Assembly: GCA_963990035.1 (NCBI GenBank) | Contig: CAXDMJ010000005.1 | Coordinates: 1 to 57,050, forward strand | Reading direction: 5' to 3' | Origin: an uncultured Candidatus Poseidoniales archaeon | GTDB taxonomy: Archaea > Thermoplasmatota > Poseidoniia > Poseidoniales > Thalassarchaeaceae | DNA length: 57,050 bases | Part shown: one piece after another, positions 19,729 to 29,136 of the stretch | Layout of the letters: each line of letters opens with the position of its first letter | Position numbering within the stretch: the first letter of the stretch is position 1 | Program-made: the position numbers and the translations under genes | Notes under the pieces: generated by a model | Databases searched by the model: none | What the model was told of the DNA's origin: nothing | The model's input: only the letters and a program-made list of their open reading frames with translations

Positions 19729-20472
19729 TTGTATGATATAATTAGAGGAATGGGTATGGATATGCAGAGGTGTGGTGAAGATGAAATACTCACCGCTATT
19801 GAAAATAATGAAGAAATTAGTCTCATTTTAGTAAAAAGGGATACTGTATCTACTGAATTGATGAAAATTATCTCTTATGCAGAAAAATCTGAAATTAAGA
19901 TTATTTACGGTTCAGAAAATGATTTATGGCGCATGTCTCGTGATAATACAGATAGCATTCCAAATATTCTTGCTCTAGTTGGTCGGAATCCTGATTTAAC
20001 TTTGGAAGAAGTATTTTCTCATGGAGGCCTAATCTGGCTTCTCGCAGGAGCAGCATATCCTGTTAATATTGGTTTTTGTATTCGTACTGCGGAAGTATCA
20101 GGAGCAAATGCAGTGATAATTGATGCTCAACTAAATAATTCTGAGAGAAGTGCTGCAAAACGTGCTTCTATGAAGGCTCACAGATTTTTACCAGTTCATT
20201 GGACATCTGGCTATGAGGCCATATTAATGGCTAAGAAATTCGGTTTCCGTATAATTTCAGTCGAGGATGTTGGAGTATCGGCTCCCTGGGATGTCGATAT
20301 GACGGGTAATGTTATTCTGATAGTAGGTGGTGAAAGAAATGGTATTCCTTCTGATATTTTAGCCGAGTCTGATGAAATAGTCCGTATACCTATGTCTGGT
20401 TTTGTCCCATCATTTAATTTACAGGCTCCATTAAGTGCAGTTGCAATTGAAGCTCAGAGGCAGAGAAGTTAG
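19729..20472 (+). CDS. SpoU/TrmH family RNA 2'-O-methyltransferase
   Basis: PVNIGFCIRTAEVSG, LIVGGERNGI, IPMSGFVPSFNL (SPOUT motifs 1-3). Confidence 0.88.
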   Translation: MYDIIRGMGMDMQRCGEDEILTAIENNEEISLILVKRDTVSTELMKIISYAEKSEIKIIYGSENDLWRMSRDNTDSIPNILALVGRNPDLTLEEVFSHGGLIWLLAGAAYPVNIGFCIRTAEVSGANAVIIDAQLNNSERSAAKRASMKAHRFLPVHWTSGYEAILMAKKFGFRIISVEDVGVSAPWDVDMTGNVILIVGGERNGIPSDILAESDEIVRIPMSGFVPSFNLQAPLSAVAIEAQRQRS

Positions 20473-20529
20473 TCTCAATCCGTCAAATCACCTTTATGCT
20501 TTATCGAGTCCCTACGCTGCCCGGGCATT

Positions 20530-22275
20530 GTGAATATACCAAATGAGCTAATCTCGATGCTTGATGGCAAGCATGGACCTACTAAACAGAAGGCCGCTCG
20601 CCTTGTTGTAGATCTTGCATCTACAGCCGGAGCAACTGAATTTATTCGATGTGAACATGCTCATGTTTCAGGAGTTAGTGTCATTACAGGAGGACATGGC
20701 CTTCGTAGGTTTCTTTCTGATCTAGCTGGTGACGATGAAGGTGTTGTTTCAATACCTACAACTCTTAATTCAGCTGGTTGTGATAGAGAGAAAATGGAAG
20801 AAATGGGGATTGATTATCCTGATTTTTTGAAATATCAGTTTGAAATTATTGAAGCTTATTCTAATTTAGGAATTGATTCTACTTTATCCTGTACTCCTTA
20901 TGATAGAGGTGTAGAATTAGCTGAAGGTATTGGTTCTTGGGCAGAATCTAATGCAGTTTGTTTTTCAAACTCTTATACCTCTCTAATCACTAATAGGGAA
21001 TCTGGATTATCTGCATTAGCTACAGCATTAACTGGTTGGGCTCCATTATGGGGTCTTCATCTAGAGAGTAATAGATTTCCTAATATTCATGTGAATGTCC
21101 AATGTTCAATGTCTAATATTTCTGATTGGAGCGTATTAGGTGATTGGATCGGTAAACAGATTAGACCTGAGTGGAAGTTGCCATGGGGGATGATGCCGCA
21201 TATTTCAGGCCTACCAGAATTTGCTAGTTTTGAAATGCGCAAAGCTCTAACTGCTGCTGCTGCTAATTATGGCTGTCCTATGCTTTGGGCTGATGGCCAT
21301 ACTATCGTTCCTCCTCATGTTAATTCATATGAGGGAGAATTAGAATTTACTGAACATGATTTACAACTTCGTTATCAGCAGTTAGCGCCAAAGGGTATTG
21401 TTGACTTAGTAGTAATCGGTTGCCCGCAGGCAAGCGTTGGTGAAGTCAGAACTACGGCTTCTTATGTCCGTTCTAGGATGGAATTAGGTGAAATAATACC
21501 TGACCAAAGATTATGGATATTTACAAGTGGTCATAATTATGAGATATTAGAATCTGATGGTACTATTGATATTCTTGAAGAAGCGGGAGCATTAGTTCTG
21601 AGAGATACATGCCCTGAAGTCACTCCTTATAATCGGAATAAATATAATCATATTTTGACTAATTCACTCAAGGCTGAACATTATCTCACTTCTGGTTTGA
21701 ATAAAATGCCTACCAGTGTTTCAACAATCTCTGAATGTGTTTCTCATGCTTTTGACCCCAGTTTAATTGAGTCACCAAGGCCTAAATTAGATTCTAATAA
21801 TGCTAAGCCAATGTACTCTAATAAATCCTATAAATCTGGTGAAATAAATCTTATTGGTAAAAGTATACCAAGTCAAAAAGAATGGGTTATAGAGGGGACG
21901 GCTTTAGTTACAGATGTACCTATTACATACTTGGGATATGTAAATCGAGATACAGGAGTTATAGAAGAAAAAGGTCATCCACTTGATGGTATATCCATAG
22001 AAGATACTGTTTTGATATACCCTAAAGGTTCTGGTTCTACTGTTGCACCATTTGTACTCATGGGGCTGATATATACTGGGAAGGGCCCAAAAGCGATTGT
22101 GAATTGTGATGTTTGCCCTCTTACTTTACCTGCAGCTTCGTTACTGAACGTCCCTTATGCACATGGTTTTGCATTAAATCCAACTCTAGAGGTTAACAGT
22201 GGCGATAGTGTATCGATGTCTCTTGTCGATGGAATTGTCAGTCTCTCAGTCATATCCCGTACAAGCGAGGATTGA
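20530..22275 (+). CDS. Aconitase X, large and small subunit fusion; candidate phosphomevalonate dehydratase
   Basis: Large subunit: HVSGVS, SCTPY, WAESNA, TNRESG, IGCPQ, DTCP, TNSLKA. C-terminal swivel domain: ITYLGYVNRDTG...PKGSGSTV...GKGPKAIV. Confidence 0.88.
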   Translation: MNIPNELISMLDGKHGPTKQKAARLVVDLASTAGATEFIRCEHAHVSGVSVITGGHGLRRFLSDLAGDDEGVVSIPTTLNSAGCDREKMEEMGIDYPDFLKYQFEIIEAYSNLGIDSTLSCTPYDRGVELAEGIGSWAESNAVCFSNSYTSLITNRESGLSALATALTGWAPLWGLHLESNRFPNIHVNVQCSMSNISDWSVLGDWIGKQIRPEWKLPWGMMPHISGLPEFASFEMRKALTAAAANYGCPMLWADGHTIVPPHVNSYEGELEFTEHDLQLRYQQLAPKGIVDLVVIGCPQASVGEVRTTASYVRSRMELGEIIPDQRLWIFTSGHNYEILESDGTIDILEEAGALVLRDTCPEVTPYNRNKYNHILTNSLKAEHYLTSGLNKMPTSVSTISECVSHAFDPSLIESPRPKLDSNNAKPMYSNKSYKSGEINLIGKSIPSQKEWVIEGTALVTDVPITYLGYVNRDTGVIEEKGHPLDGISIEDTVLIYPKGSGSTVAPFVLMGLIYTGKGPKAIVNCDVCPLTLPAASLLNVPYAHGFALNPTLEVNSGDSVSMSLVDGIVSLSVISRTSED

Positions 22276-22300
22276 TGACTCCATGGTATCACAGGCCTCT

Positions 22301-24442
22301 ATGAGTCTCCGTCCTGATCCCGTTCCTTGTCGTCCTCAAGACTTAGGGAAATTTGAGATTCTCCAAAGAGATGGTTCAGCGAGAATTGGGCGTTTGCATA
22401 CTAATCATGGTATGCTAAACACCCCCATGCTTCTTCCTGTAGTCAATCCAAATATCAGGACAATAGAACCTAGAGAGATGTGGGATAAATATCGAGTAGA
22501 GGGTTTAATCACCAACTCTTATGTGATGTGGAAGCATAATGATTTGAGTGAATATGCACTAGAACATGGCGTTCATAAATTAATTGATTTCCCAGGAGTT
22601 GTTGTTACCGATTCAGGTACTTTCCAGTCTTATATCTATGGCGATGTAGAAGTTGGTGTTGAAGAAATAGTTGAATTTCAGAAGAATATTGGAGTAGATG
22701 TAGGGACAATGCTTGATGTTTTTGGAAGACCAGATATGAGCCGAGAAGAAATTGTATCTGCAGTAGATGTTACTGCAGAAAGGGCGCCAATATCTCTTGA
22801 AAAAGCAGGTGAAGGACTTCTTCTTAATGGCCCTATACAGGGGGGTTTACACGATGATCTTAGAGCATTAGCAGGACAAGTCATGGGAGACATTAGGGGA
22901 GACTATCGAGGATTCACAGTCCATCCAATAGGCGGTATTGTACCCTTAATGGAGAATCAAAAATATAGGGAGTTATTCCAAATTCTTCTTTCTGCCAAAT
23001 CTACATTACCGCCTAATCGACCAATACATCTATTTGGATGTGGTCACCCTCTACTTTTCCCTATGTCAATTGCTCTGGGAGTAGATATTTTTGATTCTGC
23101 AGCTTACGCACTTTTCGCTAGAGGTGGACGTCTTCTAACACCTACCGGTACAGTTCGATTAGAAGAAATAAAAGAGTGGCCACATCAATCTTCTGAATTA
23201 TTTTATTTAACTCCCGATGAAGTTCGATCAATGGAGTCTAAAGAACGTGAAAAAGTTCTGGCGAGGCATAATTTAGAAGTTACTCAATCAGAATTAGCTC
23301 GTTGTCGTGAGGCGATCAGAAATGGAAAAATTTGGCAACTTGCAGAAGAAAGGAGTCATTCATCAGCTCAATTAAGAGAAGCATTCCTATGGGTTTTAGA
23401 ACAATTAGATGACCCTGATGACGGTCCTGTTGGAGTCTCTGCAATGAGGATGATTTCGTCTACTAATCCTGTACGAAGTGGTGGTGAGAATTTAGTAGAT
23501 GATATTGAAGAAAGACCCCATATTTTACATTTCAAATCTTTACTATCAATGAGATGGAGAATTCCCGGTTCTTGGTGGAACGGTTCTTTAGAAAATCCTA
23601 AGCAAGTTGTAATAATTGAGGGTTCTCAACCACCTTGGAGGGATAGTTCACTACATACTGTAATTTCTAGTTTGAAAGAAGAACCTAATTCAATCATACT
23701 CATATCGACTCCCATTGGCTTAATTCCTTACAGTATGGAAGATGTCTCTCCATGGTGCCATATTGATGGTTCTGATGAAATTTGGGATTTACCATTAGAT
23801 GAAGAAGAGATAATTGAAGAATTAGTAGAATTAGATTTATCTGACTTACCATATATTAGAATTTCACCAGGTCCGGTTCCTGAAGAAAAAATAGAAGGAA
23901 GTGAAATTATCCGTAATTGGATAGACAAGTGTTCGATAGTAGATAAATTATCTGTTCTGAACGGCTTGTCTCCTGCTTATGGTTGTAAGATTACATCAAG
24001 TATGACAAGTAGAAGGTCAAAAACAGATAGAATGGTAAATGTATATTCAGATGATGTTCATGTCATATCTCCTCGACTAAACGACGGAGGTATTTCTTTG
24101 ACATTAGAGGGTGCAAGAATGATTCATTCTTTTTCACCTGAACCGCCACTTTCTTTTGGCGATGAATATAATGATGACGAATTAGATCATCCAGGTATTG
24201 CTAGAGTCATGATTATTGATGATGCGATACCATTTGTGGGTCAGGGAAGGAATGTTATGCAAGGTTATATCTTAGGGGCGGATCCTCATATTATTCCTGG
24301 TCAGCCATGCCTAGTAGTTGATGCTAAAGGTGATTTAATAGCCCATGGTTTGGCTATAACTACTGCTAGAGAAATGGCATATTTAACAAAAGGTTTGGCA
24401 GTTCGAGTTCGAGATGGGGCTTTGAAGAATTCTGATAGTTAA
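22301..24442 (+). CDS. tgtA: Archaeosine tRNA-guanine(15) transglycosylase (ArcTGT) with C-terminal PUA domain
   Basis: ARIGRL...TPMLLPVVNP, TDSGTFQ, PIGGIVPLME, HLFGCGHP, GVDIFDSA, HNL; PUA-like C-terminus. Likely start 22301 or 22283 (ORF track 22199 overlaps the upstream gene). Confidence 0.93.
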   Translation: MSLRPDPVPCRPQDLGKFEILQRDGSARIGRLHTNHGMLNTPMLLPVVNPNIRTIEPREMWDKYRVEGLITNSYVMWKHNDLSEYALEHGVHKLIDFPGVVVTDSGTFQSYIYGDVEVGVEEIVEFQKNIGVDVGTMLDVFGRPDMSREEIVSAVDVTAERAPISLEKAGEGLLLNGPIQGGLHDDLRALAGQVMGDIRGDYRGFTVHPIGGIVPLMENQKYRELFQILLSAKSTLPPNRPIHLFGCGHPLLFPMSIALGVDIFDSAAYALFARGGRLLTPTGTVRLEEIKEWPHQSSELFYLTPDEVRSMESKEREKVLARHNLEVTQSELARCREAIRNGKIWQLAEERSHSSAQLREAFLWVLEQLDDPDDGPVGVSAMRMISSTNPVRSGGENLVDDIEERPHILHFKSLLSMRWRIPGSWWNGSLENPKQVVIIEGSQPPWRDSSLHTVISSLKEEPNSIILISTPIGLIPYSMEDVSPWCHIDGSDEIWDLPLDEEEIIEELVELDLSDLPYIRISPGPVPEEKIEGSEIIRNWIDKCSIVDKLSVLNGLSPAYGCKITSSMTSRRSKTDRMVNVYSDDVHVISPRLNDGGISLTLEGARMIHSFSPEPPLSFGDEYNDDELDHPGIARVMIIDDAIPFVGQGRNVMQGYILGADPHIIPGQPCLVVDAKGDLIAHGLAITTAREMAYLTKGLAVRVRDGALKNSDS

Positions 24443-24542
24443 TCAGGACTCGTAGGCGATTGATTCAATAGCATAAATTCTAACGAAGTGATGACACCCG
24501 TAGGGTGTAGGTGATTTTCTGTCTGATATTTCTAGTACTAAA

Positions 24543-25517
24543 TTGGTTATTGAAACCAAAAATTTAGTCAAAATGTATGGACCACATGTAGCTCTTGAAA
24601 ATCTCACTCTAAATCTTGAACCTGGAGCGATTGGAATTCTTGGACCTAATGGTGCCGGCAAATCAACTTTCTTCAAATGTATTTTAGGTTTGATTAAAAC
24701 AACTTCAGGTGATGGTAAAGTAATGGGTTATGATATCAGAACACAGGGGGATCTTATACGCTCAAAAATTGGATATATGCCTGAATATGATTCATTAGAT
24801 CCTGAGTTAATTGCAGTTGATCAGGTCAGATATTCTGGTGAAATAATAGGTATGAACCCTGCGGAAGCAACTCAAAGAGCTCATGAAGTTTTAGAATATG
24901 TAGGGCTTAAAGAACAGAGATATCGTAAAATAGGCACATTTAGTTCTGGGATGAAACAGGCTACTAAACTTGCATGTGCTCTAATTCATGATCCTGAAAT
25001 TTTGATATGTGATGAACCAACAAATGGACTTGACCAACGTTCTCGAGAAATCATGTTAAACACACTAAGGAATACGGTTAAAGAAGGTGGTAGGACAGTA
25101 TTAATGAGTGGACATGTTATGGATGATATCCAAGAAGTTTGTGATAGTATTGTTATGATTTATAAGGGTAAAATTGTAGTCCATAGAAGAATTGACGAGT
25201 TAGCTAGGCAAGTTGATGAAGAAATCGAAATATCTGTATGGGGGGGCTCATCCCAAATGCAAGAATCTTTAGAATCACGAGGACTAACGGTTCGTCGTCT
25301 TGGAAGAGTTATGAGGATTAAAGTAGAGTCAGATGATACAATTTCTATAATCTTAAAATGTGCAGTTGAAAGTAATGTTCAAGTGAGAAGAATGGGTGAA
25401 TATAAACCTGATTTAGAAGATATATTCTTGTTAATAATGGATAAATTAGGTGCTGAAGTAAAGACAACTTCAGATCTTATGACTCCTGAACATACAGGGG
25501 GATTAGCAAATGAGTAA
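24543..25517 (+). CDS. ABC transporter ATP-binding protein (ABC-2/exporter type)
   Basis: GPNGAGKST, FSSGMKQ, LICDEPTNGLD, H-switch SGH. Confidence 0.93.
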   Translation: MVIETKNLVKMYGPHVALENLTLNLEPGAIGILGPNGAGKSTFFKCILGLIKTTSGDGKVMGYDIRTQGDLIRSKIGYMPEYDSLDPELIAVDQVRYSGEIIGMNPAEATQRAHEVLEYVGLKEQRYRKIGTFSSGMKQATKLACALIHDPEILICDEPTNGLDQRSREIMLNTLRNTVKEGGRTVLMSGHVMDDIQEVCDSIVMIYKGKIVVHRRIDELARQVDEEIEISVWGGSSQMQESLESRGLTVRRLGRVMRIKVESDDTISIILKCAVESNVQVRRMGEYKPDLEDIFLLIMDKLGAEVKTTSDLMTPEHTGGLANE

Positions 25518-26523
25518 AGATTTGGTCGATCTCGATGGAGGTCAAACTCGTATGGAAGTGGCTTACGGGTCTGATGATGGAGATAGTGATTCCATGGCAA
25601 TAGTTGCTAAAAAAGAGGCCTCTTTAGGGATTATATTTGAACAAAATTATCGGCCATGGAATGGTAATCTTGGGCCGCGATGGGTTAGAAATTATGCTAT
25701 TTTCAGACATCATGTTTTTGGTTTATTTACATCCAAAGGCCATAGACATTATAACCCATTTGTTAGGCTAACTATATTAGTTATATTTTTAGGAGCTATT
25801 TCTCCGATTGCTATGTTATTTTTCGCATCATTATTTGGTGGAGGACCCGATGGTTTTATCGATAAGATGTGGGGTATAAATCGAAGTAACCTCTGGGGCC
25901 AAGTATTGGGATACTTCCCTCGAAATTTATGCTATTGGCCATTATTAACTGCTCTTGTAGTTGGAGGTATGATTTCAGATGATCGGAGAAATGGGACAAG
26001 TGCTATATATTTCTCACGACCAGTCACTAGAGTAGATTATACTCTAATGAAATATTTGAGTGTAGCCGTAGTTCTTGGGTTTGTGATTATATTTTCTTAC
26101 ATGTCATATTATACACTAGCGATAGTATTCAAAGGTGAAGGTTGGGCATTTTTAATCGATACATTGCCTATGTTTTTATCTGGCCTATTGTGTAGTATAT
26201 TGCTGGTAATAACATATACTTCAATTGGTCTTGCTTTATCTAGTATTAGTCAAAGTAGATTTTTCGCTGCTATCGCTTTCTTAAGTATAATTTATGGCAC
26301 TAAATTAACAGCTCTATTGGTAGAAGCACAATTTGGATCTTCGATATTACATATACTAAGTCCTTATGATTGTCTTGCCCATATAGGTCAGTGGTTGTTA
26401 GGATTAGAGATGAACTATTCCCATTCACTATCGCTATCGATTGTTTCCTTGATACTAATGAATGCATTTTCTATTATGATATTAATATCTAGGGTTACTT
26501 CATTGGAGGTGACTAGAGAATGA
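25510..26523 (+). CDS. ABC-2 type permease
   Basis: About 6 TM; ISDDRRNGTSAIYFSRPVTRVDYTLMKY motif. Confidence 0.88.
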   Translation: MSKDLVDLDGGQTRMEVAYGSDDGDSDSMAIVAKKEASLGIIFEQNYRPWNGNLGPRWVRNYAIFRHHVFGLFTSKGHRHYNPFVRLTILVIFLGAISPIAMLFFASLFGGGPDGFIDKMWGINRSNLWGQVLGYFPRNLCYWPLLTALVVGGMISDDRRNGTSAIYFSRPVTRVDYTLMKYLSVAVVLGFVIIFSYMSYYTLAIVFKGEGWAFLIDTLPMFLSGLLCSILLVITYTSIGLALSSISQSRFFAAIAFLSIIYGTKLTALLVEAQFGSSILHILSPYDCLAHIGQWLLGLEMNYSHSLSLSIVSLILMNAFSIMILISRVTSLEVTRE

Positions 26524-27461
26524 ATGAAGATAGTAAGACTCCAGCAATTCTTGTAGAAAATGTATCAAAGTGGTATGGTCAAGTTATTGGTATTAATGAT
26601 GTATCTTTAGCTATTGATGGTGGTGTCACTGGTATTCTTGGCCCAAATGGTGCTGGTAAATCAACTCTTTTTAAATTATTAATGGGACGAATAAAACCTA
26701 GTCAGGGGAATGTTAAATTATTTGGAATAGATCCATGGTCAGATACATCTCCTTATCGAAGAATTGGTTATGTTAGTGAATCGGAAAGGCTCTACGATTG
26801 GATGACTGCTCAAGATTTCGTATCAACTCTTGCTAGACTGCACGGTATGACGAGAGATGAAGCAAATGAAAGAACCGAACATGTACTTGAGTTCGTAGGT
26901 TTATACGATGTCAGACACAAAGAAATAGGGAAGTATAGTAAAGGAATGAGGCAAAGAGTGAAGATAGCTCATGCTTTAGTTCATGACCCTGACTTAATAA
27001 TCTTGGACGAACCATTACATGGTTGTGACCCACTTGCTAGAACTAGCATTATGAATGTAATTCGAGAAATGGGGCGACAGGGTAAAACTGTGGTTGTGTC
27101 CAGTCATATTTTAGAAGAAATAGAACGAATTACTGAACAAATAGTAATTCTTCATAATGGCAGGTTACTTGCTTTAGGAAATCTATATGCAATTCGAGAT
27201 TTACTGGATAAACATCCGCATCGAATTGTGATTACAACCGAAGAACCGCGTAAATTAGCAAGTGCTTTTATTGCAGAAGAACCAATATATGGCGTTAGAT
27301 TCCCCGAAGAACATAAATTAGAACTTCAAACTAATGACTTATCAGCAGCTCATTCAGTTTTACCCCGAGTGATAGTCGATTCGAAAGTTTCAGTTTCTAG
27401 AATTGATAACCCTGATGATAATCTAGAATCTTTACTCGGATACTTAATCGGAGGTGAATAA
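26520..27461 (+). CDS. ABC transporter ATP-binding protein (second)
   Basis: GPNGAGKST, YSKGMRQ, ILDEPLHGCDP, SSH. Confidence 0.93.
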   Translation: MNEDSKTPAILVENVSKWYGQVIGINDVSLAIDGGVTGILGPNGAGKSTLFKLLMGRIKPSQGNVKLFGIDPWSDTSPYRRIGYVSESERLYDWMTAQDFVSTLARLHGMTRDEANERTEHVLEFVGLYDVRHKEIGKYSKGMRQRVKIAHALVHDPDLIILDEPLHGCDPLARTSIMNVIREMGRQGKTVVVSSHILEEIERITEQIVILHNGRLLALGNLYAIRDLLDKHPHRIVITTEEPRKLASAFIAEEPIYGVRFPEEHKLELQTNDLSAAHSVLPRVIVDSKVSVSRIDNPDDNLESLLGYLIGGE

Positions 27462-29127
27462 AATCGACAAGCAAGGCCGAGGACTTTCTGAAACAGTTTG
27501 GACTCAACTAGATAGGAAAGCCGGTGCTATAACGGAGTTGACAATTCGTCAACTCCGTAATCGTATGTCTACTTGGGTAGTCTTAAGTGTAGGTGTATTA
27601 TTGATATCTTTATTACTTGCATTTTATATTGATTCAATAAGAACTGATTTTGAGTCAATTGATAATGACGGAGATAGTGAAGACTGGGATAATGATGGAT
27701 ATCCATTAGGTCAAGAAAGAATCTATGGGACTAGTGATTATAGTGATGCAGAATTCCCTGGTTCATCCGAGTATATCTATCTAGGGGATATCGATTTCAA
27801 TGATCAACCACGAAATCATTATGGGAACCATACATGGGTTCATGCTTGGGGATATTTCACTCCTACATGGATTGATGTAAATGCTACGAATCCTGATCGG
27901 GGATTTAACAATTATTGGGCTAAATCTATTGATTGGAGTTTAGGTGATTATTTTTGTGAAGAAGAGGGTTTATCCTCCGACCCATTCGAAAATTGGTTTT
28001 CATCCATAGAAAGGAATTATTGTCTTTATGAAAATGGTACTTATATCATGTTTGGCACTTATTTTACAGGTGAAGGAGAATTTTTTGTTGAGCCCATGTA
28101 CGAAACTGAATGGGGTTATATTACTGAAACATTTTTCGTCGAAAAACATCCTAAATCAATGTATATTGATGAAGATGATATTGATTGGGATGGCTCCTCT
28201 GTATCGCAGGGGTTTGATGATGATGGGGACTGTCTCAAAGATGAATATGTGACCGAAGACAACTCTCAGAGTGATAATAATAGGAATGGGATATATTGTG
28301 ATGTTCAATATGAATATGACCAGGATGGTGTCTTGGTAAGTATTTATGCAGATAATAATGTCGATGAAGATCCTGATGATTCAAAACACGTAGGTGAATC
28401 AAGTCACCGGACTTTTATAATTGGTACTGGTAAAATTGCTTTTATTATGATATTAGGACTTTTCTTACCGTTATTTCTTGCCTTAGGTTTAGTTCGAGAT
28501 GAGTCTGAGAATGGTACGCTCCACTATTTACTATCTAAACCAATACATCGTGGAGAATTTATTCTTTATCGCCTATTGGGGTATTTAGCAATAGTTTCCT
28601 CATATATTGTGTTATTAATTTCAATAGTTGCCATTATAACTTCAATAATTGGACCGGGAGATTCTATTATTCGATTAACAGATTTTCCTGTATGGATGGG
28701 TATTGCACTTTCTACGATTTTAGTATTAAGTGCATACGGAGCTATATTCAATACGGTCGGTCTATTACTGCCAAAATCTGGAGTTTATGTCTGTATTTTA
28801 TATGGTATTTGGGAATTTTTAATGGGATTATTTACAATCACTATCCCTACTGCCACTATTCCGATGTTATCTATTTCTCATTGGGCTATTCAAATAATTG
28901 ATGCAGTTGTTTTAATTGTTTGGAGTGATACCAGTATAATTCAACAACAGGCAGATGCTTTTGGCTTAGAGACTGGGATTTCATTCTTTTGGCACCCCCC
29001 AGTCCATACTTTAGAGACTGGTAATCCTTTTGTAGCGCTATTGGTAAGTGTGGTATTAATATCAATAGTTACTATTAGTATGATCGGGATAGGACAATTA
29101 CTTTTCCGTAATAAAGAAATTATGTGA
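27454..29127 (+). CDS. ABC-2 type permease with a large acidic extracytoplasmic insertion
   Basis: DESENGTLHYLLSKPIHRGEFILYR permease motif; ~255 aa Asp-rich loop after TM1. Confidence 0.85.
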   Translation: MNKIDKQGRGLSETVWTQLDRKAGAITELTIRQLRNRMSTWVVLSVGVLLISLLLAFYIDSIRTDFESIDNDGDSEDWDNDGYPLGQERIYGTSDYSDAEFPGSSEYIYLGDIDFNDQPRNHYGNHTWVHAWGYFTPTWIDVNATNPDRGFNNYWAKSIDWSLGDYFCEEEGLSSDPFENWFSSIERNYCLYENGTYIMFGTYFTGEGEFFVEPMYETEWGYITETFFVEKHPKSMYIDEDDIDWDGSSVSQGFDDDGDCLKDEYVTEDNSQSDNNRNGIYCDVQYEYDQDGVLVSIYADNNVDEDPDDSKHVGESSHRTFIIGTGKIAFIMILGLFLPLFLALGLVRDESENGTLHYLLSKPIHRGEFILYRLLGYLAIVSSYIVLLISIVAIITSIIGPGDSIIRLTDFPVWMGIALSTILVLSAYGAIFNTVGLLLPKSGVYVCILYGIWEFLMGLFTITIPTATIPMLSISHWAIQIIDAVVLIVWSDTSIIQQQADAFGLETGISFFWHPPVHTLETGNPFVALLVSVVLISIVTISMIGIGQLLFRNKEIM

Positions 29128-29136
29128 GTGTAAAAT

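Noticed and set aside
22199-22300. N-terminal extension of TgtA overlapping aconitase X by 77 bp
   Set aside because: Homology begins after ATG 22301; the upstream start is an ORF-calling artefact.
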